Positions 1-15,915 of a DNA stretch of 64,000 bases are shown one piece after another (position 1 is the stretch's first letter; the number at the start of each line of letters is the position of its first letter). The DNA lies in the NCBI RefSeq assembly GCF_006345805.1, contig NC_043003.1, positions 58,218,001-58,282,000 on the forward strand. Direction: 5' to 3'. The DNA is from Octopus sinensis (Eukaryota). Made by a program: the position numbers and the translations under genes. The notes beneath the pieces were generated by a model. That model saw nothing but the letters and a program-made list of their open reading frames with translations. It was not told the origin of the DNA and searched no databases.

Positions 1-70
1 TCTGGATAATCCACAGAACAGGAAGGATGAAAGATAGTGGGGAGTAATCTACTAACATAGATTGCATGCA

Positions 71-115
<45 letters not shown>

Positions 116-958
116 TAAGTAATCCATGTGAAAGTGTACATACACACAAACACATACCTGTACATACATTTTCATTTTTTTTTTATATATATGTATTTAT
201 TAGTATATTAATCTACTTATATGCACATTTGTTTCTGTGTACGCATACTTACAGGTACTCGAACACATACATGCACATATATATATATCCCTCATGTATG
301 TATAATTCAAGTAAAATAATCTACACTCTCACACAATCAGTTATGTATATATGTGTGTGTGTGTATACATATATATTTCTAGATATCTGTGAGGATGTGT
401 GTTGAAATGTTGTATGTGTGTATTTATGTGTATATATGTGTGCGTGTGTATGTGTGCTCACTGGGTGTATATATATATTTATTGGATGTGTGTTGTCTCT
501 AGATGTATATATAAATATATGTTGTATGTATATTTTGTGTTAATACACAAATGTTATTACAAAACGTAAATACCTAATCCTTCAACATGCACACATAATT
601 ATGCATGGATAAAACAACAATATATATACACACACAATGTGCATATATATAGGTATTGTATTAAACTAAGCTGTATACATACTGTGCTTGTGTATACATA
701 CTGTGCTTGTAAAATTATTCATGCACACTTGGGTTGGTATAAACGCTTGAAAGGATGTAAACATACTTTCGACTAGGAAGGGATTTTGTATAAAATAATA
801 TACATACACTCATGCACATACACACACACACACATATGTATACACAGATTAGATATGTATACATATGCTATAATATTCGTATTAGTATAGGAATTGGATT
901 AATTTGATCATAAAAGAATTTTATTGGATTTTTAAAAACTTCCTTCCTCATATCTCTC

Positions 959-992
<34 letters not shown>

Positions 993-1152
993 CGTGTGTG
1001 TGTGTGTGTGTGCGTGTGTGTGTGTGAGGATCAGTATGTTTACCTGTGTAGTAGAGAGATAGGAATGTAAGTAGGTAGAAAGATAGCTAGATAGAAAGAT
1101 AGATAGACAGACAGACAGACAGATAGATAAACAGATAGATAGATAGATAAAC

Positions 1153-1183
<31 letters not shown>

Positions 1184-2244
1184 TAGACAGACAGACAAAC
1201 AGATAGATAAACAGACAGACAGATAGACAGATAAACAGATAGATAGACAGATGTATAGATTGATAGATAGATATAGATAAATAGATAGGCAGGTAGATAA
1301 ATAGGTAGGTAGATAGGTAGGTAAGTAGGTAGGTAGATAGATAGATAGCTAGCTAGGTGGGTAGATGGATGGATGGATCGATAGATCGATCAATCGATTG
1401 ATAGACAGACAAGCACAGTATTTCCTGGTGTTGAGCAAAAATTTTTCGTTTTTTTCCTAAGATAAGTCTTAAAAATCTCTCGTGTGTTCTGGCAGAGGAA
1501 TGTTAGTTTTTGTAAGCAAATTTAAACCTCGGAGGAAGATGGACAAGAATTATCCGTTTTATATATTGCATCTCCCTTACATAGCAGCAAAAGAAACATT
1601 TCCAACAGGATTTACCTGGTAAAGGTATGCAAAGACACCAAGACTGTTTTTGTATCCATTCCAGTTTTCAAAATTTTCAAGTCTAAATTTGGGTACACCT
1701 TTTGCTCTGGGAAAATGGTAGGTAGATTGATTGATAGATAGATAGATAGATGGAAGGATGGACAGACGGACAGATAAAGACAGAGATCTGTGCAGTAAAT
1801 TATAAGTTTATGAATCTAGTTATTAACTATTGTATTTTTCTACTTCTAATCATTTTTCTTGCATCTATCGATCATCTACATTTGATACTTGACATCAAAC
1901 AGCTCTGTCAGATCCTCAAGCTGTCCATTACTTTTGAACATCAGGGCAGACCCTCAAATGGAACAAAACATAAATTATCTACTAATTAGGGCTTTTTGAC
2001 CCTGCTTCTTCGAGTTTTTTTTAATTTAATTCAAAAAAATTTTTTTATTCACTCTCCCCGCCCCCGCCCCCCCCTCTCTCTCACTGTTGGTTGTATGAAA
2101 TCAAAGGTAATTCTGATCATGCTGATCTCCCAGGTACAAACTTCTAATGAATGAGCAATGTAGCTATTCTGCTCCAACAAGAAAAGAAAGCTAGTTGTTG
2201 TTTAACACCAGGACAGTCCTGATTGAGCAGTCTTGTGATCATAT

Positions 2245-2640
2245 TGGTAAGTAGCTTGCTAACCAACCACATGGTTCCGGGTTCAGTCCCACTGCGTGGC
2301 ATCTTGGGCAAGTGTCTTCTGCTATAGCCCCGGGCTGACCAATGCCTTGTGAGTGGATTTGGTAGACGGAAACTGAAAGAAGCCTGTCGTATATATGTAT
2401 ATATATATATATATGTATGTGTGTGTTTGTGTGTCTGTGTTTGTCCCCCTAGCATTGCTTGACAACTGATGCTGGTGTGTTTACGTCCCCGTCATTTAGC
2501 GGTTTGGCAAAAGAGACCGATAGAATAAGTACTGGGCTTACAAAGAATAAGTCCCGGGGTCGATTTGCTCGACTAAAAGGTGGTGCTCCAGCATGGCCGC
2601 AGTCAAATGACTGAAACAAGTAAAAGAGTAAAAGAGTAAG
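2245..2640 (+). mobile_element. SINE family A: tRNA-like head, CORE-like segment, (TA/TG)n spacer, (AAAAGAGT)n tail
   Basis: B-box GGTTCAGTCCC and CTTGGGCAAGTG segment. Approximate other copies: 20470-20775 (+), 36305-36470 (+, head), 57180-57550 (+), 2675-3068, 12966-13405, 21600-22012, 35145-35560, 54940-55385, 56815-57155 (all -), plus fragments. Confidence 0.88.
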
Positions 2641-3391
2641 AGTATATATATAATTTCATTTATCCTTTTCCATTTACCCTTTTTTCAGTCATTGGACTGC
2701 AACCATGCTGGAGCACCACCTTGAAGGGGTTTTAATCAAACAAATCAACCCCAGTCCTTCTTGCGTTTTTTTGTTTTTTTAAAGTTTTGCACTTATTGTA
2801 GTGGTCGCTTTTTGCTAAACTGCTAGGTTACAAGGACATCAACAAACCAACACCGGTTGCCTAGTGGTAGTGAGAGTCAAACACAAAGATACTCAAGCCC
2901 CCCACCACCACCACACAAACATGACGAGCTTCTTTCAGTTTCCATCTACCAAATCCACTTGTAAGGCTGTGATCAGCTTGGAGCACTTGACCAAGGCATC
3001 ATGCAGTGGGATTGACCCTGGAACCATGTGGTCAAGCAGCAAGCTTCTTACTACACAGCCATGTTTGCAGCTGATAGTTTATATATCTGCATTTAGAAAA
3101 GAGAATTTGACCAAATTTAAGCAGGGAGGTTGACCTCTCCCACTTTGATGGAATTTTGAGTTTTTCAAAAGACCTTTTATTCAGTTTGTTGCCCAAATTT
3201 AAAAATTCACATTTGAACATACATACAAGTGCAGACATGGCTGCTTGGTTAAGAAACTCACTCTGTAACCATGTGGTTTTAGGTTCAGTCCCACTGTACA
3301 GTGACATCTTGGGGCAAGTGTCTTCAAGTATAGCCTGGGTCAACCAATACTGCATGAGTGAATTTGCTTGGCAAAAACTGTGTGGAAGGCA

Positions 3392-3621
3392 GCAAGCTGG
3401 CAGAAACGTTAGCATGCCGGGTGAAACGCTTGGCGGTATTTCGTCTGCTGCTACGTTCTGAGTTCAAATTCCACCGAGGTTGTCTCTGCCTTTCATCCCT
3501 TCGGGGTTGATTAAATAAGTACCAGTTATGCATTGGGGTTGATATAATTGACTTAATCCGTTTGTCTGTCTTTGTTTGTTCCCTCTGTGTGTAACCCCTT
3601 GTGGGCAGTAAAGAAATAAGA
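3392..3621 (+). mobile_element. SINE family B (GCTGGCAGAA..GAGTTCAAATTCC.. head, GTAAAGAAATAA end)
   Basis: Near-collinear copy at 62528-62856. Variant copies at about 9725-9900 (-), 33690-33870, 37065-37230, 37242-37450, 38345-38570, 46830-47030, 53140-53280, 56160-56355, 56386-56590 (+). Confidence 0.85.
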
Positions 3622-4529
3622 AACTGTGTGGAAACCCACTGAATATGTGTGTGTGTGTGCATACATGTGCATGTGTGTATGTATGTGTGTCTTGTCTCCC
3701 CACCATCACCACCATTTGACAAGAATTGTTTTGTTCAGTCCTTGTAACTTAGTGGTTTTGATAGGGGGTTAAAAAAAAAACCCAAAAAAAACAAAAAAAT
3801 AAGTACCAGATTTGAAAGAAAAACAACTACTCGGATCAATTTAGCTAAACTCTTCAAGGCAGTCAGTGCTCCAGCATGGCCACATTCCAATGCCTAAAAT
3901 AAGTAAAATCTTAAAGATAACGATACCTGTTATAGCTGGAATCAGTACTTCTTGCAGTCTATACTTTAATTTTCCATTTTCATTGTTGATTGGATTGGTG
4001 TTATAAAATACAGATTGACAAGCATTTCTTCTAAAGTAGCTTGATGCACAGTGAACCATTCCTACACCACTGTTATTTCTTTATATCACAGTCTCTCTCT
4101 ATATATATGTGTGTGTGTGTGTGTGTCTTCCATTTTCCCTTCTGTGTTTCTTGCTTACTTTCAATTCAAAGTATCATTTTGTCATTTTTCTTGATTATAC
4201 ACTTGAAAGTAATTAGTTTTTCCTGAAAAATAATTATCTGTAAGTTTGCTGAAGATTTAAGTAACTAGATTGTTATTTTAGGCTCGAATGTTTGGATGTC
4301 TTTTGTTATTAGGAACAGCTACTGTAATGTATTTAGTAAAAGCCTTAAATTGGATCAGCAAACCTATGCATTTAACCAAAATAGGAGGAAGAAAAGCTGT
4401 TTCCAACACACATATATCAGTACAAGTTCACAAGAGTATACATATATATATGTGGGTATATGTCCATGGTGTGGGTAATAACACAGGTATCATAAAGATT
4501 ATATGTGTGTGTGATAGACCGTTAGCTCC

Positions 4530-4708
4530 TACATGCATTTTTTTTCTCTCCTTGTTTCTCTCCTTGTTTCTTTTCTGTGTATCTTTCTGTCGAAGAGCAT
4601 AGGCTCGAAACGTAAAAGACTTGTTCTATTTCTATTCCTGAATGCCATACTAATACATTTGTTTGTTTGCACTCCACCTGCCTTCATCTTTTGTTTATTT
4701 TCATAAAC
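4530..4708 (+). mobile_element. Probable Penelope-like element terminal repeat carrying a hammerhead-like motif; antisense partial copy at 40311-40396
   Basis: Reverse complement of 40311-40396 matches 4625-4705 (ttctattcctga..atactaataca..tgtttg..ccacctg..cttttg..taaac). Penelope assignment is inferred from the hammerhead motif. Confidence 0.55.
4582..4619 (+). ncRNA. Candidate minimal type I hammerhead ribozyme (variant core)
   Basis: UCUUU / CUGUCGA-A / GAGC-AUAG-GCUC / GAAAC-GUA / AAAGA; stems I and II pair perfectly. Confidence 0.45.
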
Positions 4709-4715
4709 CTTCCCG

Positions 4716-4751
<36 letters not shown>

Positions 4752-4908
4752 TCATCATCATCGTTTAACGTCCGTTTTCCCTGCTAGCACGGGTTGGACG
4801 GTTCGATCGGGGTCTGGGAAGCCAGGGGCTGCACCAGGCTCCAGTCAGATTTGGCAGTGTTTCTACAGCTGGATGCCCTTCCTAACGCCAACCACTCCGC
4901 GAGTGTAG

Positions 4909-4949
<41 letters not shown>

Positions 4950-5904
4950 GAAATTGTTCTTATTGATATGGCTAAAGTACCTACAAATCATGAAAAGAGA
5001 CTCAATGTGCTTGACTGCAGAACAAATATTTTAATAATAATAGTAATAATGGCTTCAAATGTTGTCACATGGGCAGCAATTTGGGAGGTGGGGGATGAGT
5101 CGATTACATAGTGTGTCGTGTATTTCCATGCAATCTTTTAGGCTCAAATAAACATGGCTGGTCTTTTTGGGGGGGACTACAAGAGAGAGAGATAAAGGAC
5201 ATTGGTCTTTGAGGAAACTCAATAATGAACAAGAGTAAAAGATGAAATGCAACAAACGAAATATAAATATGACTAGTGTAAATTAATTCAGTGAAAAGTC
5301 CAAAGTGTGAGGCAGCTCAATTAACCCAGAGAGGGCGGTGTCCTCCAGTTCATCAAAAGAAATTTGTTTATATGCTTACACTTAACAAATATATATAGTA
5401 GTAAAAAACAATTACTCTGTGAGATATTAATATAGTAAATTTCTTATTGCATTAGTATATAATCTTCTGAGTTAACCGTGTATATTGTATATACCTTCGT
5501 GTTTTAAAAACATACCTTGTTTCTTCATCATCATCATCATTATCACTGTCATCACTACCACCACCATCACCACTATCTCGTTTTCACAACACATATTTCA
5601 GTTCAATTCGATATCAAGCTACTTATCTTAGCTATTTAAAAAAAAATTCTTTGCATTTATTTCTCCCAATTTTTATTCTCCATTTTGACAGCTCTCTTTC
5701 CTGTCTTTTACCACTATCCGGCACCATCCAATATCCACCCAGCATATCTACCTAGAACCTACCCAAAATGCATATCTATCTACCTACCGACCTACCACCA
5801 CCTCCACCGCTTTCCGTTTCTTCTGTTGTCGGTGAACTTTTCTCAAAAATTTGTTTTAGTTACTTTTCCAGTAATATAGAATATGGGTGGGAAGCGGGTG
5901 AGAA

Positions 5905-7640
<1,736 letters not shown>

Positions 7641-7852
7641 GTCATCTTAACTTTAATCTATATACAATATACTGGTTAAGGGATTAAAGAGGTAGACCTA
7701 CATAGAACGGTAGAGCATGAGAATTCTCTGGAGGAGATGGCAAAAGAGGAGATAAGTCTGTCGTACAACAGAATGGTATTGAGAATGGCGCTGATGTCCT
7801 TGTCATTTACTCAGCTAGTCAATCATGGTGTACAAGCTCTACTCTTTTGAGT

Positions 7853-8392
7853 GTATGCTTCTACTGTATACAGCTATGGTACGACCACACTTGGAATTCG
7901 CATCATCAGTTTGGAACCCCTATCTTGCACAGAACATTGACCTCCTGGAATCTGTCCAGAGACGTGCAACCAAACGCATACCCTCCATCAGACACCTACC
8001 ATATTCTGAGCGCCTTGTTTCCCTGGGATGGATTCACTGAAGCTCCGGCTTTTGGCGACGGACTTGGTAAACACCCACAAGGTTATCAACCACCTCACCA
8101 ACAAAAACACTGAACACTTTTTGATCTCCATGTGTTAACACACGTGGACATGCCTACAAAGTCAGAAAACAATACAGCTCCCATGACTTTCGGAAACATT
8201 TTTTCACGCTCAGGGTTGCTGAAGCGTGGAATAAACTGCCTGCGTCAGTTGTTGACTGCCATGACACTGCATCCTTTAAGGCCCTCATGCTTTCCGAAAT
8301 CCGTCGAAACTACACCTGATTATATATACACTTTAGATGAGTTGTAGTGCACCTGAGCACTGTACACAATTATTATTATTATTATTATTATT
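7853..8392 (+). mobile_element. 5'-truncated CR1/L2-group LINE 3' end (ORF2 C-terminus with frameshifts) and (TTA)n tail
   Basis: Translates to LYTAMVRPHLEFASSVWNP..LESVQRRATK, then after frameshifts TRGHAYK..RKHFFTLRVAEAWNKLP, hallmark CR1-type ORF2 C-terminal motifs; stop, short UTR and (TTA)n at 8369-8392. Confidence 0.9.
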
Positions 8393-9967
8393 CTGTTAAA
8401 ATATAATTCCTTTTGTTTCAGATAGTGTTGAAAGTAAATGGAGAAGTTAATAAAATATTTTGTGTCGTTTATTAAAGCAGGTGTTTGGAACATATTTTAA
8501 CGTGGAATTTAGATGGAAGATTTTAATTTAGATCACTCTTAAACAGGAAGCTTTCATCATAGAAACAAGATCTCGAGCAGGTTGATATCAAAAGGGTTAA
8601 GACATACCTATATCTATCTATCTATTTATCTATTTATTTATCTATATATGTGTGTGTGTGTATGTGTGAAATAAAATGTGACAATAAAGCCAAGGTTGTG
8701 TGGAATTTTCAAGACATTTATAAAGAGTCTTACAGCTGTATACATGCTCATACAAGACTCGCATTAGACTCCTCACTTGTATCATTATCGAACCGAGAGT
8801 TTAACTATGCTTCTTACATTGCACTTACCTGCCACCTTGCACCAGATGCATCAGTCATTGATGTATGCACACAACAATGTATATATATATTATATAATAT
8901 ATATATATATATAATATATATGAAAGAAGGTTTGAAAATGCGAAGGTCTTTTAGAGATGTTTATTGACTTGACTGGTTTCACTTTTTAGAAAAACATTGT
9001 CAAAAGTAAAATGTAAAGCTTTGTATGAGCTTTGTTTGTGTTAAGTATGGTTATCACAAAAGTATTAAAATACATATACACATTCTTTGATAATAATAAT
9101 AAAATGTTAAAAAACAGTTTACAAGAAAGTATTCAAGAAAGGGATAACAATAAGTATTTCGAGTTCAATAAATGTCATGTTTGTTTTGTAGTACATATAT
9201 ATATATATATATATGTATGTATATATATATATATGTATGTATATATATATATATGTATGTATTATGTGTATTATATGTATGTATGTATGTATATATACAG
9301 GAGATATATTTAAGAATTTACAAAAAATCATGAGAATACTGACCTGTCTGTCTGACATTTTTGTATTTGTGTGCAATGTATGTGTATATATTTATGTATA
9401 TATATATGTGTGTATTTATATGCACAAAAGAGTTCTGGTGTCACTTAAAAAAGTATCTAATCTAACTGTGAAAACTGTGCTGAAGCAGACAGCGGAGCAC
9501 AGTGCAATACACTGGCTCACCAGCTCCTATCAAACCGTCCAACCCATGCCAGCATGGAAAACTGATGTTAGATGATGACGACGTTGATGAAATGCTGCTG
9601 AGCATTTTGGCTGGTGTGCCAATGATCCTGCTGGCTCACCACTTTACAATAATAACAATGGTTTCTAATTCTGGCACAAGGCCAGCAAGTTCGGTGGTGG
9701 AAGGGATGGGGGTGGGGCAAGGGTGAGTCAACTACATCGACAACCCACCACCACCAGTCCTGGAGCTGGTGTTCATTTCATCAACCCTGAAAGGACGAAA
9801 GGTGAAGTCGACCTCAGTGGAATTTGAACTCAGGCGGACGAAATACTGCTAAGCATTTCTCCCACCGAGCTAACAGTTCTACCAGCTTGCCGCCTTAGTT
9901 AATAATGATAACAACAACAACAACAACGGCGACGATAATAATAATAATAACAATAATAATAATAATG

Positions 9968-10003
<36 letters not shown>

Positions 10004-10555
10004 GTAATAACAATAATGATAAAGTGTTAATAAGTGTTGAACTTGGACATAAGATATGTCATGTTAGGATTTGAATTTCATTTTCTCATTAGAATTTAAA
10101 CACCACAACCAACACAACAATAACAACTGCAGCATCATCATCAACATTAACAACAACATTAATCACCACCTTCGCCATCTAAATAACAACAACAAGTAAA
10201 GAGAAGATTACAAGAATTCAAATTAAAATGTGGAATTGGGCCTTGACTTATTTCTACCGTTATTGTTTTTCTTATGTCAGCCTGTCTAGGTGCACCCCCA
10301 TTTACATAATGTCTCCCTTTCATCTATGTACCCTCTAGGAGCTTTGTCTTTGCCATAAAAGGATTTTTCTTTTGATTTGCAGAAGGAAGAAAGCAAAATG
10401 TAATTTGTCTTTTAGACATTTTGTTTAAACAAGAAAAGATACAAATGGTGTTGTTGTTGTTGTTGTTGTTGCTTGTGGTGGTGGTCGTGGTGGTGGTGAT
10501 GGTGATGGTGGTGCTGCTATTGTTGGTTGTGGTTGTGGTGGTGGTGGTAGTTGTG

Positions 10556-10870
10556 TTTCTGGTGGTATTGCTGGTTCACAGTTGTAGTTGTGATATTTGT
10601 GGTGGTGGTGGTGATTTTGGCAGTGGTGGTGGTGCTACTGGTGCTGCTGTTGTTGTTGTTGGTGGTGGTGGGTAGTTGTGTTTCTGGTGGTTATGTGGTT
10701 CACAGTTGTAGTGTGATATTTGTGGTGGTGGTGGTGTGATTTGGCAGTGGTGGTGGTGTACTGGTGCTGCTGTTGTTGTTGTTGGTGGTGGTGGTGGTAG
10801 TTGTGTTTCTGGTGGTATTGCTGGTTCACAATTGTAGTTGTGATATTTGTGGTGGTGGTGGTGATGATGA
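10556..10870. repeat. 125-bp-period higher-order repeat built from (GGT/GTT)n
   Basis: TTTCTGGTGG..GGTTCACA.TTGTAG.TGTGATATTTGTGGTGG recurs at 10556, 10681 and 10806. Confidence 0.85.
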
Positions 10871-11116
10871 TGATGATGATGATGTTGGCAGTGGTGGTGG
10901 TGGTGCTGCTGCTGTTGTTGGTTGTGGTGGTGTTGCTGGAATTTTAGAGCATCTTTGGAAATGGCTGTGTTCTGTGGTCTTGGGTTCAGTCCCACTATCA
11001 TTTGTTGGACCTTACAAGTGCTTACAAGAATTGTCCATCCATGGCACTTTCCTCAATTAAAAAAAGAATTTGGACATTTTTGAGTTTTCAGAATTTTGGA
11101 TAAAGGATAGCAACAG

Positions 11117-11189
<73 letters not shown>

Positions 11190-11223
11190 CCTCTCTCTTC
11201 TCTCACACAAATGCTTAGTTTCT

Positions 11224-11510
11224 CTAGGACTACATTACCTGATATGTCCTTCCTACAATCTTTTAGATAGGAGGTGAAAGAAAAAAAGAGAGAGAGAGAG
11301 TGAGAGATTTGGCTGCTATTTCTAGCCAGTTGAATTATGTTCCACTTACAGAAACCTCTACAAATGACCGCCCCCATCTTTATTGCTGTCAGACATAGTG
11401 TACCTAGGACTATGTTACTCAATATGTTTTTTTTCTATAATCTTTAAAACAGATGGGAGAAGAGAGAGAGAAAGAGAAAGATTTGGCTGCTATTTCTTGC
11501 CAGTTAAGCT
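11224..11510. repeat. Diverged tandem duplication with period of about 180 bp
   Basis: CTAGGACTA.. at 11224 and 11404, each followed by (AG)n and GATTTGGCTGCTATTTCT.GCCAGTT. Confidence 0.65.
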
Positions 11511-11900
11511 ATGGAAGCCCTTACACATCAGGAAACTGTCTAGTGGTTCCTCTGCATAGAACATAGTTTTCATCTACAGATTTACAAAATAAAATGAAAC
11601 TAAGAAGAAATGTATTTCTTCAATTCACAATGAAATTACTATTGAGATTTTAAAGAAAGGTTCTTAAGTTTAAATAAAAAAAATTAAAAAAAAAATAAGA
11701 ATTGTGCACGCACACCTACATACATTGTGTGTGCATGCAGTGTGTCTGGGTATGCAACTATGATTGGCATCAAGGAATTTCAGTAACGATTGGTGAAGTT
11801 TCAGTTACCAGTATTGAGTACCCTCTTTACATCTTATTTACGCTTAAGTTTTTTACACCTCTCATCTCATATATATGTGTGTGTGTGTGTGTGTGTGTAT

Positions 11901-11942
<42 letters not shown>

Positions 11943-11994
11943 TTATTATAATATATACATATATATTATACATATACATATATACATATATATA

Positions 11995-12044
<50 letters not shown>

Positions 12045-15000
12045 CATACATATATAATTATATTATATACATATACATTATACATATTTTTATATATTAT
12101 ATATATACATATATATATATATATATAATATACAATATAAATTATATACATATATAATATAATATACACACACACATACATGCACATACATACAAACATG
12201 TGTGATGTGTGTGTATATACATGCATAGTGTAAACGTAAATAACTTCTATGTTGTTAACTATTTTTTGTATCTTCTTATATAATCTATATACGTTTGTAT
12301 GTGTGTGTGTGTGTGTGTGTTATTACGTGTGTATATACATAAGTTTTTTACATGCATTTACGTGCAAAATTAAGTTATCTCTGAGCAAGAAAAGACAAGC
12401 ACTTAAGTTCTGAAGAAATTGAATTACAATCCAAATCTGAAACGTTATCTTTACTCTTTGTATATATGCGTGTGTATATATAAATGTATGTGTATATATG
12501 TGTGGGTGGTATAGGTACAATGTCTATGTGTGTACAGGTATACATTTGCATGCATTTTACACATGTGCACGCATTCACATGCTTCTGTTTGCTACTACTG
12601 TTACATCTTAGAACATATGACGTACAAAGTAATGGAAAATAATTATTAGCTAACACCCACTCTTTTGATATCACTTTAATGCAACCACTTGAGTTTGTTT
12701 GTCAACTAAACTGATACAGATGTGTCTCTCAAATTGAGTAGACTCAGCTGTGTGCATGGCTAAAGTGTCCTTTCTCCAGGAGGGACACACTGGAATAAGT
12801 GCTGCTGATTTGAACTCAATCATCCTTCATCTAGTAGTCAACTATCTCCTTTTAGTAAAACGGTTCTACATCTGTTTCGATGATGAGTATGCAGTTGATT
12901 GATCCTCTGGACTCCCCGTTCATTGAATTAGTAAGTGGAAGAACATTCCACTGACATTTAGGTCTTTATCTTTTTATCTTATATTTGTTTCAGTCATTGG
13001 ATTGTGACCACATTGGGGCACTTCCTTGAAGGGTTTAGTCAACTAAATCAATTCCAGTATCTACTTTTTGGTGCTTATTCCATCAGTGTCTTTAAACGAA
13101 CCTTTAAATTATGAGGATCCAAACAGCTCAACAGAGGTTGTCAGGCAGTGAGAGACAAACACAAAAGACACACTTATAGTTTCCATCTGTCAAATTCACT
13201 CCCGAGGCTGTCAAGCAGTGGATGGGTGGAAACAAACACAAAAACAAAGACAGGATCTTTCAGTTTCTCCCTACCACATCCACTTAGAAGGCTTTTGTTG
13301 GCTCAAGGCTTATAGTAGAAGATACTCACACAAAGTGCCACACAATGGGACTGAACCCGAAACCACATGGTTGCAAAGCAAGTTTCTCAATCACACAGCC
13401 ATGCTTACACCTTTACACTACCATGTTGGCTTCTATATTGTGAAGTTGTATTTTTATTTCCAAATGCCCTACTTATAACTAATTCATTTCTATGCATTGT
13501 TTATTCCTTTCTAATGTTAAATAAATTAAATTTAAGAAACAAAGCCATTTGTAATATTCTTTCGAGGAATGACCTTGTGATAATCTGAACCTATTTATTT
13601 GACATCCAGCCCTTATTTTGTCATAATGACTTTGTCTATTGGACAATGGAAGAGATGAAGAAGCAGGGGTGGGTGATATTTGGGTTGTGCTTAGGGCATT
13701 GGCTGACCTTAATCTGAATCCTATAAATACACACCCATTAGTCCGAAACTAGCACTTTCAGGAATGCATACGCATATTCAGGAATGTATATAAGACAGGT
13801 TTCCACACAGTTTCCATTTGTCTCATTCATTCTCAGGCAATGGTCAGCCCAGGGCTATGGAGAAAAACACTTGCCCAAGATGCCATACAGCAGTCACACC
13901 CTGGCCTGGCTCTCCATCAGTTATGATGAAAAGGGTTCAAGTTGACCCAATCTATGGAACAACCTGCTCATGTAGTTATCATGTAAGTGGCTGAGTACTC
14001 CACAGAACACCCTTAATGTAGTTTATGGGAAGATTCAGTATGACACTGAATGCAACAAGTCGGCCCTTTGAATTAAAGGCACAATTCATTTTTGCCGCAG
14101 AGTAGATTGGAGCAACAAGAAATAGAATGTTTTGTTCAAGGACAGAACACACTACCAGGTATTGAACTCATATTACAGTCTTGAGCTGAATACCCTAACC
14201 GCTAAGCCACACACACACACTGAAACTGAACGCACATGGTTGTGAAGCAAGCTTTTTTTAACCACTCACCCATGTCTATATATGTATGTATAAAATACAC
14301 ATGCATACACATGAAGGTATGTAGAAGCTGAAAGAGTGTGGTAGATATGCAACTTAGTAAAATTGTCTGTAAATTAATTCTTTAATCTGTCTTTATCTTC
14401 CATGTTCTGTTGACAAACTGCACACCCAGATGCAGCATTAACTCAATTTGCCCATCTTATTTTAATACCTGCTGCTGTATTTCGGGGATTCTTACTGATC
14501 CTCACCTGTAGGGAGATTTTCTTTTTCCTTTTCTTACATTTTTTGGGGTTTTTTTTTTGGGGTTTTTCTGACTCTACATGCATGTGTTTCTATCTACCTA
14601 CCTATCTACATATGTATACATGTGTATATATATATGAATGTGTGCGTGCGTATGTATATATAATATATATTTATATAATATATATATATATATATAATAT
14701 ATATATATTATATATATATGTATGTATGGTGGATATGTATGCTATATATATATATATATATAGTATGTATGTGTGTATATGTATGCATATATTATAATGT
14801 ATGTATGTGTGTATATGTATTGCATATATATGTGTATGTGTATATATGTAGGTATGTTATATAGATTGCATGTGTGTATGTATATATATATATGTGTGTG
14901 TGTGCATATATGTGTCTATATATGCATGTGTATATATTTATGTGTGTAGTATGTGTATGTATATATATGTACATATGTGTATATATGTGTATGTGTATAT

Positions 15001-15915
15001 ATGTGTGTGTGTGTATATATATATGTGTGCATGTATATATATATATATATATATGTGTGTATGTATATACATATGTTTATATATTATATATATATATGTG
15101 GATGTGTGTGTAAGTATATATATATATATATATATATAATGTATATATGTATGTATGTGTGTGTATATATGTATGTGTATATGTTCATGTGTGTATATAT
15201 GTATGTACGTGTATGTATATATATGTACATGTGTGTATATATGTGTGTTATGAAGGTGTTGGTATGGATGTTTTACAATGTTTTGTTTCAGAACCATTTG
15301 TGCACACACACGCACACACACACACACACGCACATGCATCCACAATCCTGTCTGTGTGTATGAATGTATGGGTGTATGGGTGTGCATAGGTAGCGAAATT
15401 TAATTAATTATCTTATTTTGCTGTGTTGCATGAGCAAAATGATTGCATTTCTATGGCGACTGGATATGTATCTGTTATTCAAATAGGCAATCATGTGTTT
15501 GTGTGATGGGTGGAGGGATAAGAGATAAGAAATATGAAATGAATAAAAGACAAATATATATATATAAATAAATAAAACGAATATATATATATATATGCAG
15601 GTATGTCAAAAAAAAAAGGGACTGAGAGAGATAGGGTGTGAGATACAGAGAAAGAGTAAGAGCTAGGTTTCAAATTGTGCTTCTTCCTTTTTATCTTATA
15701 TTTCCATAAACTTCGCTATTTAATACAGGTAGAATGTTGGTTTTCTGGAACCTTTTATTCCAAAGTCTTTCCAGATTACTGATTTTTCTGAAAGTAGGGG
15801 TGGTCACCTTGGTCATTACAATTTGAATTAAACAAATTTTAGATTTGCTTAAATACTCAAATCAGTGATCCTCAGCTATTTTTTTAAAAAACAAGTTCAC
15901 TCTGCTAGTTTTGCT

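Noticed and set aside
1875-2110. Cluster of TCF/LEF-like motifs (ACATCAAA, ATCAAAG) as a Wnt-responsive ds enhancer
   Set aside because: Short AT-rich motifs are expected by chance at this base composition; no conservation data are available.
4288-4602. 104-aa ORF as a GIY-YIG endonuclease or extra exon
   Set aside because: No GIY-YIG or cadherin motifs; the 3' part runs into a dispersed repeat.
10440-10930. CRISPR-like repeat-spacer array
   Set aside because: Eukaryotic intron; units are microsatellite-derived with no unique spacers and no cas genes.
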